Shown one piece after another: positions 57,661-64,000 of a stretch of 64,000 bases of DNA (positions are counted from its first letter, which is position 1; every line of letters starts with the position of its first letter). Origin of the DNA: Nitrosopumilus sp. (GTDB lineage Archaea > Thermoproteota > Nitrososphaeria > Nitrososphaerales > Nitrosopumilaceae). A program made the position numbers and the translations under genes. The notes beneath the pieces are model-generated. The model had not been told where the DNA came from. It did no database searches and saw only the letters and a program-made list of their open reading frames with translations. Location of the stretch: assembly GCA_965204345.1 (NCBI GenBank), contig OZ241981.1, forward strand, positions 768,001-832,000. The letters are read 5' to 3'.

Positions 57661-58278
57661 GTGGAACAAAATCAAAAAGCCATACTATCTGCCATGTATG
57701 TTTCCCAAATTAACAAGAAGAATGCAGTTGAATTGATCAAAGAGAAGAGTATGCTTTCAGAGGATGCGATTAATTCAGGGATTGATGAATTGGTCAAGAA
57801 TCAACTGGTAAGCAAAAATAGGAATACTCTTACAGAGAGAGGCAGGGATTCATTACGCATAGTGCTAGCAGGCGGTGTCTTTGACATTATTCATCCCGGA
57901 CACATTCACACACTAAATACCGCAAAAGAATTGGGGGATGTGCTAGTTGTAGTAGTGGCCACAGACAATACAGTAATTAAAATGAAAAAAAGGCAGCCGC
58001 TTCATACTCAGATACAAAGGCAAGAGCTGGTAAATTCATTGTCAATGGTTGATCTTTGCCTGATCGGACAGGAAGGAGACATGTTCAAGACAGTCAGCTA
58101 TGTAAAACCGCAAGTTATTGCACTAGGTTATGATCAAGTCCATCAAGAAAAATTCATTACGGAGGGATGCAAGAAAATAAAACTTGATGCAAAGGTTGCA
58201 AGATTGCAATCCCCAATTCCTGAAAGTTCCAGCTCTAAAATTCAAAAAGAATACGGGGAATCCATTCACGGAATCTAG
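57661..58278 (+). CDS. ribL: Cytidylyltransferase-family protein, probable archaeal FAD synthetase
   Basis: GGVFDIIHPGH (HxGH), VVVATD, LGYDQ, SSS.I; convergent with riboflavin kinase. Confidence 0.8.
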   Translation: MEQNQKAILSAMYVSQINKKNAVELIKEKSMLSEDAINSGIDELVKNQLVSKNRNTLTERGRDSLRIVLAGGVFDIIHPGHIHTLNTAKELGDVLVVVVATDNTVIKMKKRQPLHTQIQRQELVNSLSMVDLCLIGQEGDMFKTVSYVKPQVIALGYDQVHQEKFITEGCKKIKLDAKVARLQSPIPESSSSKIQKEYGESIHGI

Positions 58279-58967
58279 GAATTTATCGGAATGTTGATTG
58301 AGACCTTTGAGCCATCTTTTAGCTTGGCAGTCTTTCGCAGACAGGACTTTGAGATTAACTCGATTATGGAGTCATCATGATGGGTGCGCTCTAGTATGAT
58401 CAGTTCACAGTTTATAGAATTCTCAAGTTTTGCCTTGAAACATTTTACCCAGCCATATGTTCTCCTACCATCAGAAAAACTCTTAATTTTAACACCATCC
58501 AAGGTTTCAAACTGTTTAACTGCCTCTTGATGAACTCGCTGATCCAACCTGACATTAAGGGTGCCTGGAAATGGAACATATCCAATCTTGGACTGGAATT
58601 GCCTTGTGTACCCAGGCAAGCCCATATAGTATGCACCCTCGCCCATTCCGGAAACTAGTGTGCCCTTTAGCTCAACATTAGAAGAGGAAGAGGAGGAGGA
58701 ATTAAGACTTTTTTGTAAGATTGCAGAGAGTTTGACCATCTCAGAAAAACCCTTTGCTGTGATCTTAACTGAGATATTTCGCCCGTTGATTATCCTTTCG
58801 ATGAATTGGTTCTGTTCTAATTCAAGCAGGTGCTTTGATGCTGCCTGCTGAGATTTTTTTATATTTTTGCCAAGGGATGTAGTAGTCACAGAAACATAGT
58901 TGTATCTAGCACCTTTGCACAGCAGATAAGAGAGGGTTAGGAGATGTTGAATTTTTAATTCAGTCAT
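58275..58967 (-). CDS. ribK: CTP-dependent riboflavin kinase with N-terminal winged HTH (RbkR-like)
   Basis: SQQAASKHL.ELE HTH; G.LVSGMGEGAYY, P.PGTLN, ERTHH, ELIS..LR..L.DG. Confidence 0.9.
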   Translation of the reverse strand: MTELKIQHLLTLSYLLCKGARYNYVSVTTTSLGKNIKKSQQAASKHLLELEQNQFIERIINGRNISVKITAKGFSEMVKLSAILQKSLNSSSSSSSNVELKGTLVSGMGEGAYYMGLPGYTRQFQSKIGYVPFPGTLNVRLDQRVHQEAVKQFETLDGVKIKSFSDGRRTYGWVKCFKAKLENSINCELIILERTHHDDSIIELISKSCLRKTAKLKDGSKVSINIPINS

Positions 58968-58974
58968 AGATACA

Positions 58975-60117
58975 TTAGGATATGCCCAAATCGCCGAATG
59001 TCTTCAGGGTCATTCCATCAGAGTTTGATAGTTTGGCCACTCTATGTCCAATGACGCATTCAACACCAGCGTTTTTAGCACCCCCTAAGAGTCTCTGGGT
59101 GATAATTCCATCTAAGAGCAAATATTTGATTCCAGACTGTGTTGAGAGTTTGCTGACAACCTCACTGATTGGAACCTTGAAAACTTCGTTTTGATCACCG
59201 TCTAATGCAACTGCTTCAAGTGTCTCATTTAGGTTTGGAAAAACTTTGGCTGCCATCTCTGCAATGGGTTTGTCATCTGCACTTTTGAGTTCAGGTGCAG
59301 GTTTTCCGTTTTTAATTTCATCTGCAATAGGTCGTAGAATTTCATCCAATCTTTGTGGAGTCAGCTCTTCAACTTCAACACCAGTATCTGCCTGTATTTC
59401 ATAGTCTAATGTAACAATGGATCTGAGTTCTTTGAGAATAAATCCGCCGGCTCTGTCACCGTCAAGAAAAGCAACTACAACATCTTTGGAATTGCACAGC
59501 TCCTTGATGGATTCGTCAATTCTTGCACCCTCTATTGCAAGTACATTGTCAAATCCAGCTCTTAAGAGATTGATAACATCTGCCCTTCCCTCAACGAGAA
59601 TAACCCAGTTAGAATCAAAGACGCCGGAACTACAGGTTAGTTTTGATTCACCATACGTGGATAACTTTCCCATATCACCCTGATGGACATCATTTAGCAT
59701 GCTTTCTCCTTCACTTACAGTTTTAGTTGCCCATTTTTGCTTGATTTCTTTTGCACGTTTTACAATATCATCTTTCTTTGCAGCACGTACATCATCAATA
59801 GCTACTAGCTTGAACGTACAGTCAAATGGACCAACCTTGTCAATGCTTTCAATACCTGCTGCAATTAATGCACAGGTATCAATATCAGTACTCATCGGAA
59901 TTAAGGCATCACCACTAGTTGTGTTTGATGTAGATTTTGCATTGACCTCAATGCGGCCTACCTTAGAAACTCGCTGCAGTTCATTCAGATTCATCTCAGG
60001 GCCTAACAATCCTTCTGTTTGACCAAAGATGGCGCCGATTATATCTGCTCTTTCAACGAGTCCATCAACTTCATAGGAAAGCTTAACGTGATATTTGACA
60101 ATTCCTGATTGAGGCAT
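58975..60117 (-). CDS. dnaG: Archaeal DnaG-like (TOPRIM) protein
   Basis: DG.VE..DIIGAIFGQTEGLLG, VEGRADV.NL, AFLDGDR.G..I, DGIITQRL. Confidence 0.93.
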   Translation of the reverse strand: MPQSGIVKYHVKLSYEVDGLVERADIIGAIFGQTEGLLGPEMNLNELQRVSKVGRIEVNAKSTSNTTSGDALIPMSTDIDTCALIAAGIESIDKVGPFDCTFKLVAIDDVRAAKKDDIVKRAKEIKQKWATKTVSEGESMLNDVHQGDMGKLSTYGESKLTCSSGVFDSNWVILVEGRADVINLLRAGFDNVLAIEGARIDESIKELCNSKDVVVAFLDGDRAGGFILKELRSIVTLDYEIQADTGVEVEELTPQRLDEILRPIADEIKNGKPAPELKSADDKPIAEMAAKVFPNLNETLEAVALDGDQNEVFKVPISEVVSKLSTQSGIKYLLLDGIITQRLLGGAKNAGVECVIGHRVAKLSNSDGMTLKTFGDLGIS

Positions 60118-60271
60118 AAACTATTCATCTCCCTTATTATCATAATGTGGATTCCTACCTGCGATATATGAGGGTATCGCAAAAAAAGGTCTCAAAAATA
60201 CAAAATTTTTCAAAAAATGCCACCTACAGCAAGCGCTAGGGTAAATCTAAAAATGAAAAATAATTTGTTGC

Positions 60272-60622
60272 TTATTCAGTGCTAAAAGAGTGACCACATG
60301 AACAGGATTTTGTGACATTTGGATTGTTAATTTTGAATCCAGATCCCATTAGGCTTTCAATATAGTCTACGTTTGCACCTTGCAAGTGATCAACGCTGTA
60401 GCTGTCAACTAGAAGTTTGACTCCATTTTCTTCTAATACAATGTCATCTTCTTCTGGCGCCTTTTCAAATCCCATTCCATAAGACAAGCCAGAACAACCG
60501 CCACCTTGAACGTATACTCTGAGGTATTCGGGGGATTCTGCTTCTTCTTTCATGAACTCATGAATTTTTTCAGCTGCTTTTGCGGTAACTGTGATCATTT
60601 TTTGTGTTTGCTCAGTTGCCAT
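60272..60622 (-). CDS. HesB/IscA/ErpA-family Fe-S insertion protein
   Basis: LRVYVQGGGCSGLSY, DY...LMG.GF...NPN...CSCG.SF; start moved to MATEQ. Confidence 0.92.
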   Translation of the reverse strand: MATEQTQKMITVTAKAAEKIHEFMKEEAESPEYLRVYVQGGGCSGLSYGMGFEKAPEEDDIVLEENGVKLLVDSYSVDHLQGANVDYIESLMGSGFKINNPNVTKSCSCGHSFSTE

Positions 60623-60750
60623 TATGAATAAAAATGATGATTTAAAATATAATAATCTTTTGCCACGTGACATACTAGGAATTAAAAGACATGCGTGCCT
60701 TTTTGACTCTAATAATATTAATAATAAAATAAGAAGGAAAATGGAAATAG

Positions 60751-63801
<3,051 letters not shown>

Positions 63802-63894
63802 TTATCCACTACTAGACCTTTCAGGAGATATGAACAGCAACTCAGCTGTAATTATTTATCAGTAATTTCTGATGCACATTTGGTGTTTAATGCC

Positions 63895-63999
63895 TTAAAA
63901 AGATGTGCTAGCATAAACAGCAAGCATGTCAATAATTTTTTTTGCAATGTCATGTCTTGCAATCTGCTCAAAGATCAAATGAGGACTTGAAATTACTGT
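63895..63999 (-). CDS. 3' end of an unidentified gene entering from beyond the window
   Basis: Open minus frame TVISSPHLIFEQIARHDIAKKIIDMLAVYASTSF*; family not recognised. Confidence 0.3.
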   Translation of the reverse strand, partial: TVISSPHLIFEQIARHDIAKKIIDMLAVYASTSF

Positions 64000-64000
64000 A

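Overview
Core chromosomal region of an ammonia-oxidising archaeon (Nitrososphaerota/Thaumarchaeota, Nitrosopumilus-like), judged from gene content: AOA-type NirK, the 3HP/4HB-cycle crotonase and ADP-forming 3-hydroxypropionyl-CoA synthetase pair, LysW-type Lys/Arg cluster, nurA-herA-mre11-rad50, split MetH and a divergent FtsZ-like protein. Most of the window is housekeeping. The exception is a ~2.8 kb accessory insert between nirK and fumC (~31200-33960). It encodes a MORC/GHKL ATPase whose N-terminus (N-box, probable CTG start) is missed by the ORF track and whose C-terminus looks like an AbiEi-type antitoxin domain. Directly downstream is a decayed AbiEii-type nucleotidyltransferase toxin gene. 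Upstream are a palindrome around the TATA box and two identical 36-bp repeats separated by 35 bp. I read this as a candidate undescribed MORC-AbiEi / AbiEii defence module (inference, needs HMM/structure checks). Other oddities: a second LysW ending EDWGQ instead of EDWGE, a surface protein frameshifted by a 64-bp duplication next to a 15-bp tandem array, L31e with a long tandem-repeat tail, and a Kazal-cupredoxin with an expanded reactive loop. No rRNA, tRNA, transposase or cas gene was recognised. All calls come from motif recognition by eye; no database search was run.
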